This document shows, in pieces, positions 13,256 to 29,523 of a DNA stretch of 64,000 nt; position 1 is the first letter of the stretch; the number at the start of each line of letters is the position of its first letter. Source of the DNA: Octopus sinensis (taxonomy: Eukaryota). The stretch spans positions 38,440,001 through 38,504,000 of the forward strand of contig NC_043005.1 of NCBI RefSeq assembly GCF_006345805.1, given 5' to 3'. The notes under the pieces are model-generated. The model was not told the DNA's origin, ran no database searches, and worked only from the letters and a program-made list of their open reading frames with translations. The position numbers were made by a program, and so were the translations under genes.

Positions 13256-14336
13256 TGAAATTTTGCATCTTAGCAAAATTTGTGTTTGCCATGGTAACGA
13301 GCAGATTAATTGTTATTAATAAAATGCGATCAATTTTTTTCACCAAACAATAAACAATCATAAATCCTTAATCCAATATCCAGTAATCTAAAATTAATAA
13401 CAGTTGATCTCTCTTATTTAGGATATTCAACTATCTCGGTGTCTTTCAGAAAAATCTTTTCATGAGCAGCATTTCCATTAGTTAACCTATTCAATAAATT
13501 CGCATGTGAATCTGTTTAGTGGCGCGCATCCTTTTCCAAGTTATATGGAAGCAGATGTTATATGCAGTACTGCAATGTAGACAAACACTCGTTAATTTTA
13601 GAGTTGTTTAAATCAATGTAGTGTATCACTCTGAGGTTCATGTTTATAGACAAGTGGTCCGAAAAGCGGGAAAAAATGATAACAAGATAGACAGACGAAG
13701 TAACGATGTCAAGATACGAACGTTTATATTTCTGCTTTAGCTCAACACTCGCTGCGACTAGGCCAAACGCAATCGATTATTTAGATGTACATAAAGATGT
13801 AAGTTACTCTAACGAAAAACCTAATATTATTGGCTTAATATCTTGTGATGTCCAAAGACATTTAGAAACTGATAGTCTAACAGGGATTAGAAATATACAT
13901 GTGTGTCATTATTCAGCTTTATTTCAAGATTTCTTGCCAATAGAGAAAGAACCGTTTTCTGTCTGTCTGCTTATCTGTCTGTCTGTCTGTCTGTCTGTAT
14001 GTATGTATGTATGTATGTATGTATGTATGTATGTATGTATGTATGTATGTATGTATGTATGCATGTATGTGTGTATGTATGTATAAGACACACATACATT
14101 CTGCACTTCTATGTGGATGTCGTTTCAGAACATTGTCTGGTTTTAAAAGCCACATCAGATGCCATGATGGTGCTAAGGTGTAGGTACAGGAGGTGGTCAA
14201 ACTCAGCATAAGGAGTAGACAACCGCCATGTATGTATGCATACATGTAATATGTACGTATGTATGTATACATGCACACACACACCCACCCACATATATTT
14301 CTGTGTGTGTATATGTATTTGTGTGTGCGTGTACAC

Positions 14337-14384
<48 letters not shown>

Positions 14385-14448
14385 AATTGCCGATATAACT
14401 GTTAGTTGATTAGTTGTTTGATTTCCTCAGTAACACTTTATGTATCAA

Positions 14449-14484
<36 letters not shown>

Positions 14485-14979
14485 AAGAGGAGAAGAGGAA
14501 AATTATCATAGGAAATGCAGAACGTATGTATGTCTTATAACTTTCAGAAGAATTCACATTCTTTTGATGAAAGTTTACAGAGAGAGATTTTTGATGGAGT
14601 GGATTGTGATTATTAGAAAATTAGTAACGTAATACGTTATATTGCGAATATGAACAGGAAAATTTGTTTTATTTAATATTATTTTAAAGTAACAAATATT
14701 TTTCATTTGAAAATTCATATCCGTTTCATCATTTTCTATAAGGGCCAAGAAATTTGAATAAAGTCAAATTACAATTATTGCATGTATATCATATCTCCCG
14801 ATATTAACCTAGTGGTAAAGTATATTTCCAAAGTTCACCAGTCATATAACAAGTAACATTCTTGCATAATGATAAGATATATATTACTTTCATGTCACAC
14901 CCTGGTCAATAACAAACCCACAAACGAAATTATATTAATTTAAATAAGATAATCATTTTATCATTATTGTTATTGTTAA

Positions 14980-15160
14980 CGCGGCGAGCTGGCAGAAACG
15001 TTAGCATGCCGGGCGAAATGCTTGCAGTATTTCATCTGCCGTTACATTCTGAGTTCAAATTCCGCCAAGGTCGACTTTGCCTTTTATCCTTTCGGGGTCG
15101 ATTAAATAAGTACCAGTTACGCACTGGAGTCGATATAATCGACTTAATCCGTTTGTCTTT
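14980..15160 (+). mobile_element. SINE family B, well-preserved copy
   Basis: gcggcgagctggcagaaacgttagcatgccgggcgaaatgc...gagttcaaattccgccaaggtcgactttgcc; A-box-like and B-box-like head. Confidence 0.88.
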
Positions 15161-15352
15161 GTTAATAAATAGCTAAACAATCGGGTCTGCGGTGCTCCAG
15201 CATAGGCGCAGTCAAATGACTGAAGCAAGCAAAAGAGTAATCATTATTAAGAATATATTTAATTTCTTCTACATGTTTTACTTATGTTTGTTCTCGAGGT
15301 CTCCCATATTTTCAGTTTTAAATATTTCACAGAATTAACGATATCTCACCAT

Positions 15353-15709
15353 AGGCGCAGGAGTGGCTTGTTTACCGACCACATGGTTCCGGGTTCAGTC
15401 CCACGGCGTGGCACCATGGGCAAGTGTCTTCTGCTATAGCCTCGGGCCGACCAAAGCCTTGTGAGTGGATTTGGTAGACGGAAAATGAAAGAAGCCTATC
15501 GTATATATATATATATATATGTGTGTGTTTGTGTGTCTGTGTTTGTCCCCCTAGCATTGCTTGACAACCGATGCTGGTGTGTTTATGTCCCCGGTTCAAC
15601 AAAAGAGACCGATAGAATAAGTCCCGGGGTCGATTTGCTCGACCAAAAAAATGCGGTGCTCCAGCATGGCCGCAGTCAAATGACTGAAACAAGTAAAAGA
15701 GTAAAAGAG
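15353..15709 (+). mobile_element. SINE family A, near full-length, with internal microsatellite
   Basis: Head ggcgcaggagtggct...gggttcagtccca, internal (TA)n(TG)n, tail gcggtgctccagcatggccgcagtcaaatgactgaaacaagtaaaagagtaaaagag. Confidence 0.9.
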
Positions 15710-16399
15710 CATCTCATTTTCTAACAGATTAGTTGCTTTCTATCAGCATTTTCGTTCTCTGTTTTTAGGTTAAATTTAAGATTAACTTAAGACAGCATAG
15801 TTTTGTTAAAACTCATCTAAAAGCCATAATTAAATCGAGTAATTTTGTCTTCATATCAGACAGCAACCCACCAACTCAGTTCCAGACATTTTCGTTTCAC
15901 TTGCTAGACTTCTTCAACTAAATCGTATAATTATTCCTCGCATGCTTTCCAGTATCTACTCCAAACGATTTCAAAATAGTTAGTCTGGCTGTTTAATATG
16001 GCTACTATAGTGCTGCTACTCTAGTTGTAATATTATGCTTTTAATGTTATGCTTTTAGCCCGTTTCACACGTGATTTGCTGCTATAAGTATGGCGTTTGC
16101 AGACGCTACGGTTTCACAGCACAAACCCCTACACTGATACACGTAAACTCACCCCCCCCACACACACGCACACACATACATGTAGGGTGTGAGTGTATTG
16201 GTACGCGAGTATGTGCGAGTATATATATATATATATACATACACACACACACATATATATACACACACACATATCAGAACAGACATATGTACTAATATAA
16301 AAGCCTGCGATGGGTAAATTGTCGTCCTTTTATATTTTTAATGTTGCGCATGAGCATTGTTTGCTTTTGATTTTGTCTATCACACAGTATAGTAGGGGC

Positions 16400-16640
16400 A
16401 GTTGGATACTCTCAGTGTAAAAAACTGCACCATGACGCAATTCACTCTGCTAGAAATTTGTAACGGACATACTGTACTGCTAGATATTCGCACCGGAAGC
16501 TCCAATACGCACATTTCAGAGTGTTTGGGTGTCAATCTGATGACAGTAAGGAGAATTCAGAAAGAGTTGGATGAGTCTAATGGTTATTACGAAGGTACGA
16601 AAGCTCGGAAAACTCAGTCTGATCGTTCTGATAAGAAAAT
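16400..16640 (+). mobile_element. Tc1/mariner transposase N-terminal HTH remnant
   Basis: VLLDIRTGSSNTHISECLGVNLMTVRRIQKELDES...RKTQSDRSDKK resembles a helix-turn-helix (I...LGV...TV.RI). Confidence 0.55.
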
Positions 16641-17109
16641 AAGTCTTGAATTCAAGGGAGACAACTTGTCCTCATTAATGTTATTATATGTTAAGACTTA
16701 AATCTCGATTTCTGAGCATTTCCTCACGTCTGCGACGGAGAAAATTTATATTTTTTGTCTTTGTATGGAGTCTGACGAGCCGTCCCCAAGGCTTTGGCGT
16801 TGTGAATACGAAACCTTTGGTAACTCTATGTTCAAAGTTCAAGCTTTGCTGTAATATATATAGACCGGAGTAAGTACATAAATGTGAAACAAGGTGGAAA
16901 ATAGAGCACTCACATACCAGAGGTAGAGTAATATGCTTTATTTAAAAGCAGCAGAAATATAACAAAAGCTGTTACTTAGAGTTTCACTAGTTTTGACCAA
17001 ATTGTTATTTCTGTTCTATGTTAACAAAACTGTCCGACGAACGGGAACGTGAAACTCTGAGTAACAGCTTTTGTTATATCTCTGCTGCTTTTAAATAAAG
17101 TATATATAT

Positions 17110-17152
<43 letters not shown>

Positions 17153-17546
17153 TATATATATACATACAAACATAAACGTTTTTTTCGAATGATGTAATGT
17201 ATTCATTAATCAATCAAAAATTCGTTGGAGACAGCTGTAGTGAATTGTCACATTATCCATCTGTCACATTATCACATTTATTTACTCATTCTTCACCTCT
17301 CTAGAAACCTGCTCCTTCCGTAGAACCAAAGTATATTACGGACCGCGCATTTAGTACGATGTACCTTTCTTGATTAACCTCAAGGTTATTGATATATTCA
17401 GACAGATACTACCCAATCATGTACATAAACTGAATAACTTTCAGTCTGTACTTCAGTACCCGCATAAGTATTCCTCTATTTTAGTTGTGTACACATTTTA
17501 CTTTTCGACCCGACCTGCTGCCTTACCATTTAAGTGCCCGATTTAC

Positions 17547-17581
<35 letters not shown>

Positions 17582-17804
17582 TAAAGAATATATATTTAAT
17601 TCTTTAAATTGTTTCAGTTTTATAGCTGTGGTCGTGCATACATACATATATAGGTATTTGTGTATGTGTGTGTGTGTGTGTGCGTGCGTTTGTGTGTGTA
17701 TATGTGTGTGTGTGTTTGTTTGTTTGTGCATAATGAGAGACAGAGCGAAAGCGAGATAGGTAGATAAACAGATAGATAGAAAGATAGATATATAGAAAGA
17801 TAAG

Positions 17805-17990
17805 TTTCTTTATTGGCCACACAGGGCTGAACACAGATGGGACAAGTTACAAGGTAGAGCTTTTCTTTTGGGGGATGAAAAAAACAAAAAAAAAAAAGGG
17901 GTGGCGTAGGTTTTCGATCAAGAGGGATCGTAAAAGGGAAGAAAAGAACAAAAAAAAAAGAAATAAAAAAAAAAAGAAAAAAGATAGATA
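17805..17990 (-). mobile_element. Probable LINE 3' terminus with T-rich 3' UTR; end shared with SINE family B
   Basis: The minus strand reads long T-tracts, then ttgtcccatctgtgttcagccctgtgtggccaataaagaaa. Confidence 0.45.
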
Positions 17991-18349
17991 GATAGAAACT
18001 TATTTCTCACCTTCATCATCAACAGCTTCAGAAATGATCAGCTGGTCAGCCTAAAATGATCGGGAAATACATTATTATTCTTTTCTTCAAAAGTCGAATG
18101 TTTACATATTTTACGATAAAATTTAGAAGAAAACTAACTGTGTAAAAACATGACATATACATATGTATATGACACTGCAATATACATAAAGATCCATTCA
18201 GTACATTTGACCTTGATTTGGATCAGAAAAAATGACTAACATTTGGGGTTCTTAGAATCCTCATGAGAAGCAGAAACATCGGGAATACTTCTTGATTACC
18301 TATGTTTGAAATTTCATCAACATCGGAAATTGCACAAATTGATCATAGA

Positions 18350-18623
18350 ATCTGCTGTGCATGCGCACTAATTTTTAACGTTCTAACGCACATCTGCTGT
18401 TTTCAGTAGTGCTTGGAAGGAATGTGTGTAGCGTGTAAGGACAGAGAAATTTGAGCAGAGAATCTGCATCAAATTTTGCCAAAAGCTTGGTAAATACCTG
18501 CTCAGAAGCCTACACAAAGTTTTAAAAACAGTGTTCAAAGTCAGATTTTGTTTAGCGGTTTTATTCTGCGTTCTTTAGCTTCGTTATTATGGCAACAGTC
18601 CGGATACTTACTGATCAGACCTA

Positions 18624-18626
<3 letters not shown>
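18350..18626 (+). mobile_element. Internally deleted mariner (MITE-like)
   Basis: EQRICIKFCQKLGK (mariner N-terminal QR..IKFC motif) joins almost directly to a TIR-like end, cagtccggatacttactgatcagacctagt. Confidence 0.65.
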
Positions 18627-18680
<54 letters not shown>

Positions 18681-19122
18681 CTGTATGAATGTATGTATGT
18701 ATGTATCTATCTATCCATCCATCCATCCATCTATATGTGTGTATATATATTATATTATATATATATATATATATCTATATACACATAAAGATGGATGGAT
18801 GGATGGATAGATAGATACATACATACATACATTCATACTTACATACACGGATACACACACACACACATATATATATATAAATGTTTGTTTTTACATTAAT
18901 CTGAAGAGTACAAATTTATTATTCTAAACCAAGAATATAATTGATTGTGACATTGAAGTTTCGGCCAGCATATGTATAAGTAAATGTATGCATATACATA
19001 CACGTATACACATATAATTGCACGTGTGTGTAAACATCTATACGTAGATATGAGACTATGTATATGTATGTTTATATATTTATATGTATTTATGCACAGA
19101 CGTAACTATCTATATATCTATC

Positions 19123-19282
19123 TGTTATGTCGCACGTTCGGATGACTTCTACTCCACTCTACTCTGCTCTTCTACTCTCGACTGTGCTCTCCTACGACTG
19201 CTACTCCTGACGTCTAGGCTTCTCCCTTGATATCTACGTATTGGGCTAGCCTACTTCATCGTCTGGGGGCGTCCACACAACA
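19123..19282. mobile_element. 160-bp solo LTR-like element (TGTT...AACA) with 5-bp target-site duplication CTATC
   Basis: CTATC at 19118-19122 and 19283-19287 flanks a block starting tgttatgt and ending acacaaca. The interior is C-rich with ctactc-like repeats, unlike the surrounding AT/microsatellite DNA. Confidence 0.7.
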
Positions 19283-19415
19283 CTATCTTTATAGATAAAT
19301 ATTAATATATTCATATATATATATAGATAGATAGATATATACACATACATATACATACAGTTAATCCAAACGAAAACACCAAGAGAAAACACAACAACGC
19401 GAGGACGTGGAACAA

Positions 19416-19461
<46 letters not shown>

Positions 19462-19484
19462 CATACATATACATACATATATAT

Positions 19485-19521
<37 letters not shown>

Positions 19522-20595
19522 CGCGTGTTTGTGTAAAAGTGCATAGTAATTTAAAGATTCATTTATATACTTATATAGGCACCCATATATTACATGATAG
19601 CATGTGTGTTTCTGCTTCTATGTATGTACGCATATATGAGTGTGTATTTATTTGAATATGTATATTCGTGTGCATGTAGATATGTAGATGTATGTGTGCA
19701 TGTGTGTATAAGTGTGTGTATGGGTGTGTGGGCGTATTTGTGTGTGTGTACGTCCATATACGTTCTTATAAGCAGAGACATATATGACATTCATGAAACC
19801 AATTATGTTCATCGGTTTTAATACATCGAAGGAAGATAATGAAATTATTGTTGTCTATGTCTCATGTTAGATCAATATTTATTGCATTTGGGAGAGAAAT
19901 GTCATGAGTGACAACATCAACGTTCCGCTAACAATTAGAGTTCCACCATTACTCGGATGAAGACTTCATCGATACTACACCAAGCTTGTGTTCTAGTTAT
20001 TTCAACGATACTTATTTGCCGAGTTAGTGTGAGACTCAGTGGCTGGCTGGATTATGTTCCAGCTACGTGGTTTGTAACACAAAATGCTAAACACATCCGA
20101 GAATTTCATTAAAACTGTCGATGTAGTAAAGCCAGCAAGTGTGGTTTGATGTTATATCGTATACAGTTTGGATAACGATAGAGTAATTCTTAAATCAGAT
20201 GATATATAAATTAGGATGAAGTGCCCGGACAATAGGATTACTGGCTTCTACGTGGTTTGCTGCTATTTCCTATTGCAAACGCTAACCGTATCTGAAGAAA
20301 TTCATTAAACAGTTAGATACGAAATAGTAATAAGAGTGGGTTGTTAATGTCTATATCAATATATATATATATATGTATATATATACATGCATATGTAAGC
20401 ATGTATTTATGTGTATATATATGTTCTATGTATGTATATATATATATATACATATATACAGATACATATATAGAACATATATACACATAAATACATGCTT
20501 ACATATGCATGTGTATATATATATATATATATAATATAATATTCATACATGTATACGTATATATTTATGAAAGGGGTATATGTGTGTGTGCGTGC

Positions 20596-20675
<80 letters not shown>

Positions 20676-20991
20676 GGGAGAGCGAGAGAGAAAGGAGAGG
20701 GGGATAATTCATTAATCAGGCTATAAATTTGTGGATTACGTTAAGCAAACTTAATCCTGTTCCAGATCACGGGAATTGGTGCATCCAGCGTGCCCGTTCA
20801 ATTTATGCAGTGTTAAGAAGAGGACACTAATCTGTCTTCATGCACCTTTCTTAGAAAACATTGAGACATTTGTTTTTACTAAAGTAAACTTGAACTGAAA
20901 TACAATGTAGAACATATACTAAATTTGAAATTAACACCCATATTTCTGTGTCTAACCAGCCATTTCCAGTGTAAATGTTTCATTCAAACAC

Positions 20992-23051
<2,060 letters not shown>

Positions 23052-23075
23052 TATATATATATATTATATATATAT

Positions 23076-23151
<76 letters not shown>

Positions 23152-23354
23152 TATGTATGTATGTATGTATGTATACACAAACAGAGTGAGAGAGAGTACA
23201 TATAAAAATATTCTGTCTAATGATGTAATAGTTATGTATGAGATGTGTATTATTGACTCAGGTCCCCTATACTAAGACCAAAATGTTCTGTGCTGGTTAT
23301 GCTTGAAAGAATCTACGCAGATATTGTCATATAATCCAAAATCTAAATGCATAC

Positions 23355-24030
23355 ATACAAGGTACATCCAAAAGGTATCAGATTTAACTCTTTTCTCATC
23401 AAAACTAATGCTGCATGGAGCAATTTTTTGAGTGAGAGGTAATGCCATTCTTCCTGCGAACACTAGAAAATTTTCGCGCAAATATATCAAGATTACAAAC
23501 GTGTAGAGTGCGCTCTTGGGATATTCGAACACACCGAGCAGGGATATTGCATGAAGTTTTGTCAAAAGCTTGATGATACTCATGCTCAAACCATCCAGAA
23601 GGATCATCAGGTCTTTGACGATGATGGGATGGGAAAAATCTCAGATCATGGAGTGGCTCAACCGCTTCAAACATGGTCACACTTCAGTGGAGAGCGAGGG
23701 AAATTTCAGACAGACTATCCAGAAGCGGAAACGAAAACGTGGAGCCCACTGAGAAGGTTCGGTAAATAGTCACGAAATACCGTCGTGTAACAATCCAGAA
23801 AATTACTCGCGAATGAGCACAGGATCAGTACCTTGAATTTTAACGGAGGGTTAGCGCATGCAGAAAGTGTCGGCGAAATTCGTTCCCAAGTCGCTGGCGG
23901 AGCAACAGATTCAACTCCACGCAGAAATCGCGCAGGACATACTGGAGTATGCAAACCACAACCCAGACATTATGAAAATCATCATCACTGATGATGAGAC
24001 ATCGGTTTGTGGTCATGTTGCGTTCGGTCA
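23355..24030 (+). mobile_element. Mariner transposon 5' portion (degenerate transposase)
   Basis: EQ..CMKFCQKLDDTHAQTIQK...IMEWLNRFKHGHTSVESE, then MQKVSAKFVPKSL...IMKIIITDDETSV (WVP-like and ITGDETW-like motifs), with frameshifts. Confidence 0.82.
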
Positions 24031-24034
24031 TCCT

Positions 24035-24237
24035 GCGTGAAAATGAGAATCTTACGAGCGCGCACTACACGCCTGTATTCTAGGCGTAAACAGCCTCAAA
24101 ATGATGCGGCCTACCGACGCAAAAATTTTTGCTAGAGGGTAGGAAGGGTGGTGTCATTTTCCGCCCAAAGGAATTTTCCCACGAGGCATTAGTTTTCACG
24201 GGAGAAAAATTGTCGGACTATGAAACACACCCCGTTT
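24035..24237 (-). mobile_element. Terminal fragment of a second Tc1/mariner-like element
   Basis: GC-richer block ending in ...ggactatgaaacacaccccgt next to (TA)n, resembling a Tc1/mariner TIR at a TA target. Confidence 0.4.
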
Positions 24238-24519
24238 ATATATATATATATATATTATTACATATATATATATAGATAGATAGCTACATACATACATATA
24301 CACATACACGCACACACGTATATTAAAGGAAAGTGTTATAGACGTATATTTTTAATTATGCAGTCTTTGATTTAATATATACATTTCGACTGCGATCCAC
24401 CAAAACTTTCAACTACCATGTATGCCTCATTTAAATAACACAGCTATACACATGCATTCGATTAATGGAACGTGCAGATGTGCTTCACGAGGACACAGCT
24501 TGGATCATAAGCCCTTCTA

Positions 24520-25085
<566 letters not shown>

Positions 25086-26250
25086 ATGCGTAGAGATATA
25101 ATTGCATTGTATCTATCTTATTTATTCCTTTTGGTTTCCCTTCCTCTCTCTCTCTCTTTCTCTCTCTCTCTCAATGTATATGTACATATGTATGCATACG
25201 CACATATATAGAAACCCCAGATACATATATACGGATGTGTGTGCTTGCTTGTATGTATGTACGCATATTCTGTATGTATCTATATATGTCACATATGAGT
25301 AAGCATGCATATAACCGTCTTTATCTATCATCAGGGCTATATATCCATTCTGTGCTGCATGTTGCGCTGTAATATTCCCATTTGTTCTTTTAATATATTC
25401 CCTACAATTATCACACTCATCTGATACCAATGCACCGTGTTACAATAATAACTAAACTACCCCGATTCCCTTTGTGTTCCTTCTATGAAACATTCATTTT
25501 GGAAGGACGAAATAACATCCGATTTCCCTACGGCAGCCGACTTAAGCATTTGCAATGTATTGAAGTTTCTTTCTCTCTTTAACTTATTCTTCGTTGATAC
25601 CAAGTACCATTTTACGGTAATGGCTTCTGTTCGAGGTAGATGTCAGACTGAGGAGAGACAGAGAGACAGAGAGACAGAGTGATTGAGAGAGAGAGAGAGA
25701 AAGAGAGAGTGAGAGAGAGAGAGAGATTGAAAGGGAGCATTGCAGAATTAGTTAGGATTTGCCAGTATTGTGGTTAGAAATCAATAAGGGATGAAACGGT
25801 CAAGGATAAAAAAAAAAAAGGTAAGATTACTCTTTACTAGATTTAGTTCGCTGGAGAGATTCAAAGGATAATCCACTCTAATGGAATGTAAGCACAAGAA
25901 CAATCGGGGGGGAAAAAGAAGGCCCATAACTCTTTCTGATTTAGGCTCAAGGCCAACAGCTTTAGGAAGAGGTAATTAATGGACATCATCGAATTCGGTA
26001 TTTGACTAATACTATATTTTATCGACTCCGAAAGGATTAAAGTGAAGGCACGTGACTCAGTGGTTAGAGTGTTGCACTCACAACCACACGATCATGGTTT
26101 CGATTCCGGAATAAGTGGTGTGTGGTGTTCTTGAGCAGAACTCTTCATTTTATGTTGCGTCAGTTCACACAGCTGTAAATGAATAACCATGCCATTCTTA
26201 AACAAGAATATTACTGATAGTGACTTCGAAGTCTCGGTCAGTATATGTAT

Positions 26251-26655
26251 ACTCTTTACTCTTTTACTCTTTTACTTGTTTCAGTCATTTGACTGCGGCT
26301 ATGCTGGAGCACCGCCTTTAATCGAGCAAATCGACGTCAGGACTTATTCTTTGTAAGCCTAGTACTTATTCTATCGGTGTCTTTTGCCGAACCGCTAAGT
26401 TACGGGGACATGAACACACCAGCATCGGTTGTCAAGCGATGTTGGGAGGACAAACATAGACACACAAACACACATATATATATATACATATATATGACAG
26501 GCTTCTTTCAGTTTCCGTCTACCAAATCCACTCACAAGGCTTTGGTCGGCCCGAGGCTATAGTAGAAGACACTTGCCCAAAGTGCCACGCAGTAGGACTG
26601 AACCCGAACCATGTGGTTGGTAAGCAAGCTACTTACCACACAGCCACTCCTGCGC
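26251..26655 (-). mobile_element. SINE family A, full-length copy
   Basis: Reverse complement of the complete head-body-tail, with a (CTTTTA)n tail at 26251-26275. Confidence 0.92.
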
Positions 26656-27559
26656 GTATGTGTATGTTTGTGCATGCATATGAACAGAGTTGCGTATTTG
26701 TGTAAACGTATATACATATGAGTAATGTATATGTATGATATATTCCCTACAATTATCACACTCATCTGATACCAATGCCATTTATATGTATTTATGAATA
26801 GATATATCTATATATCCATCTTTATATATAAATTCTGATATATACACACATGCATACTTCTCGACACGTACAGACATGTAGACACACTCCCGTTCAGGGG
26901 AGTTGTGATTTTGGTCACTTATAAGTCATGGGAACCGTTTAACCGTACCTATGAGTCATAGGATTCGAGACATTAATACTCAAGGATAGATGATGATGAA
27001 AGGATGACAGGTAAGTCTGGCCTGAGGAGGAATTGAACTCAAAATGTATGCAGCCGGAACAAATAATGCAAAGCATTTTGCTTGTCGCTCTAATGATTTT
27101 ATCATTCTAACACCTTTGAGTAGAAGATCATTAATGGTTTCTGATTTAGGCGAGAGTAGTTTTGAGAGGAGGAATTAACCGGTACCATTGGCCACAGCGC
27201 TGTGTTTTATCGACCTTGGAGGAATGGAAACAAAATATTTGAACTCAGAACATAAAGAACTGAAAAAAATACAATACCGCGAGCTATTTTGTTCGACGCT
27301 CCAATTATTTTGTCAAATCACTACCTTCAGAATGGGTCTAAAATAGTGCAAACATAATCCTGTTGTTTGAAACTATGATATTTAATTATCGAACGTCTGT
27401 GAAAATATATGCTATATAAATCCTTAATAAGCATACACACATATCTACGCAAACATATATTACATATATACACTCATCAACGTAAATAAGTATATACCCA
27501 TCCAAGCCCAGGCAGCCCATCCACTAGGCGAAATGAGTTTTAACGAGAAAAGAAAATTC

Positions 27560-28060
27560 TATGATGGAATGAGACGTTCATGTACTGAGCAGGGCTGATT
27601 TCTATAGCTGATTTTCTTGAGTCCCCACACAATATTATTTAGCTGATTGTGCTTTAAATTGTTGGCAATTTTAATTTTATGTTCTACATATATTCTTTTG
27701 ACCCATCAGTCTCAACAGAATCAACTTCGGCTGTTGGTATTTTTTTTTTTATTACTATGTTCCAGATTGTTCTGTCTACCAGATCCTGCCTCATGAGAAG
27801 ATAATATCTAGAAGACATTCTCTCGCAGTTGACAATTATGTGGTTGATGCCTACAAGTCTTTGTTCTGCACAGCCTGCGTTTGTTGTCTGTCAATATTTT
27901 CTGCCTATTATGCTGCAAGTACTTGTTGAGGATCTCTCCTTCTTGAAATGCATGGAGGTAGTCTTCAATGTGGAATGTCAAACTTATCGGCTCTTTATAT
28001 CAAGCTTTTGATATCTGTTCTTCCTATAGTTTTGACTTTTGTGCCAAGTAGCCATGCAGT
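27560..28060 (-). mobile_element. R4/Dong-like (RLE-type) LINE fragment
   Basis: The minus strand reads FQEGEILNKYLQH...DNKRRLC...RMSSRYYLLMRQDLV, resembling the QE.EI.TKY...CRLC...H...C...RH(D/N) zinc-knuckle region; degenerate. Confidence 0.55.
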
Positions 28061-28098
28061 CCATTTTTTATATGTATGTATGCATACATGTATGTATT

Positions 28099-28132
<34 letters not shown>

Positions 28133-28505
28133 TGCATGCATGTATGTATGTATGTATGTATGTATGCATGTATGTATGTACGTATGTATAGTTGTATACG
28201 TATAAAGTCTAAAGAATTATAAGATAGTCATGAAATTCTATGCTTTCCAAATAAATCAAATGAGGACTATAATACATTTCACCGGAAATCGAAACAAAGC
28301 AGTCGATGCACTGTACCTCGAATTAGTCTTAAACATGTGGCATTTTTGCCCAATAAACTTAGCGTTTGCTCTCTGCCTTATTTTGCTGAATCAACCCTTG
28401 TGAATGTAGAATTTCTGCTCTTATTCTCACCAATGGTGGAAGCAGGAATTATTAACATTTATCAGAAGCAATGTCATTTGTACTTTTGCTTTTTCTTTCT
28501 GTCCT

Positions 28506-28608
<103 letters not shown>

Positions 28609-28660
28609 AGTTGTCTGTCTTTTGAGAACTTTTTCTCACTCTCTGTGATACATACATACT

Positions 28661-28694
<34 letters not shown>

Positions 28695-28695
28695 G

Positions 28696-28859
<164 letters not shown>

Positions 28860-29448
28860 ATATAAGCGTTTGCATGTGTGTACCCATTAAATCTGTATAT
28901 CTGTATATGTTAATATTTAACGTATAGTCTCTCTATCACACCTCTTTCTCTCAACTGTATCTCTCTCACCCCTCTCTCTCTGTGGTTTTCTCCGAAGCCT
29001 GATCAAAGGAACACGACAAAGCAATTAGTAGCCACAAAGCGATGGAAAATGGGATTTATGGGGACCGAATCTGAAGGTAATTTCTTATTGAAGTCGTTGA
29101 TTATAGAGAATAATTCCTGCTCCCTCGTTCAGACCGTGTTTGCTCACTAATAAATAAGATATAACACTTACTTACTAATTCAGACAGCATACCTGCTGTT
29201 ATGTACATATACGTATATACATACACAAGTACATACGTACATACATACATTCATACATACATACATACGTTCCTACATACATACATGCATGCATACATAC
29301 ATACATACACGAACATACATATACATACATATATGTATATATATATGTATATACACATACATATACATATATATACATATATGTATATATATGTATATAC
29401 ACATACATATATATATGTATATACATACATATATGTATATATATGTAT

Positions 29449-29523
<75 letters not shown>

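Noticed and set aside
13741-13798. Plus-strand exon-like segment (tttag|...|gtaagt; STLAATRPNAIDYLDVHKD)
   Set aside because: The frame continues through both putative splice sites and loosely resembles an R4-type RT C-terminal region (RL...S.L.A...AI...V..SYS). No partner exons were found, so it is more likely a decayed LINE piece or chance.
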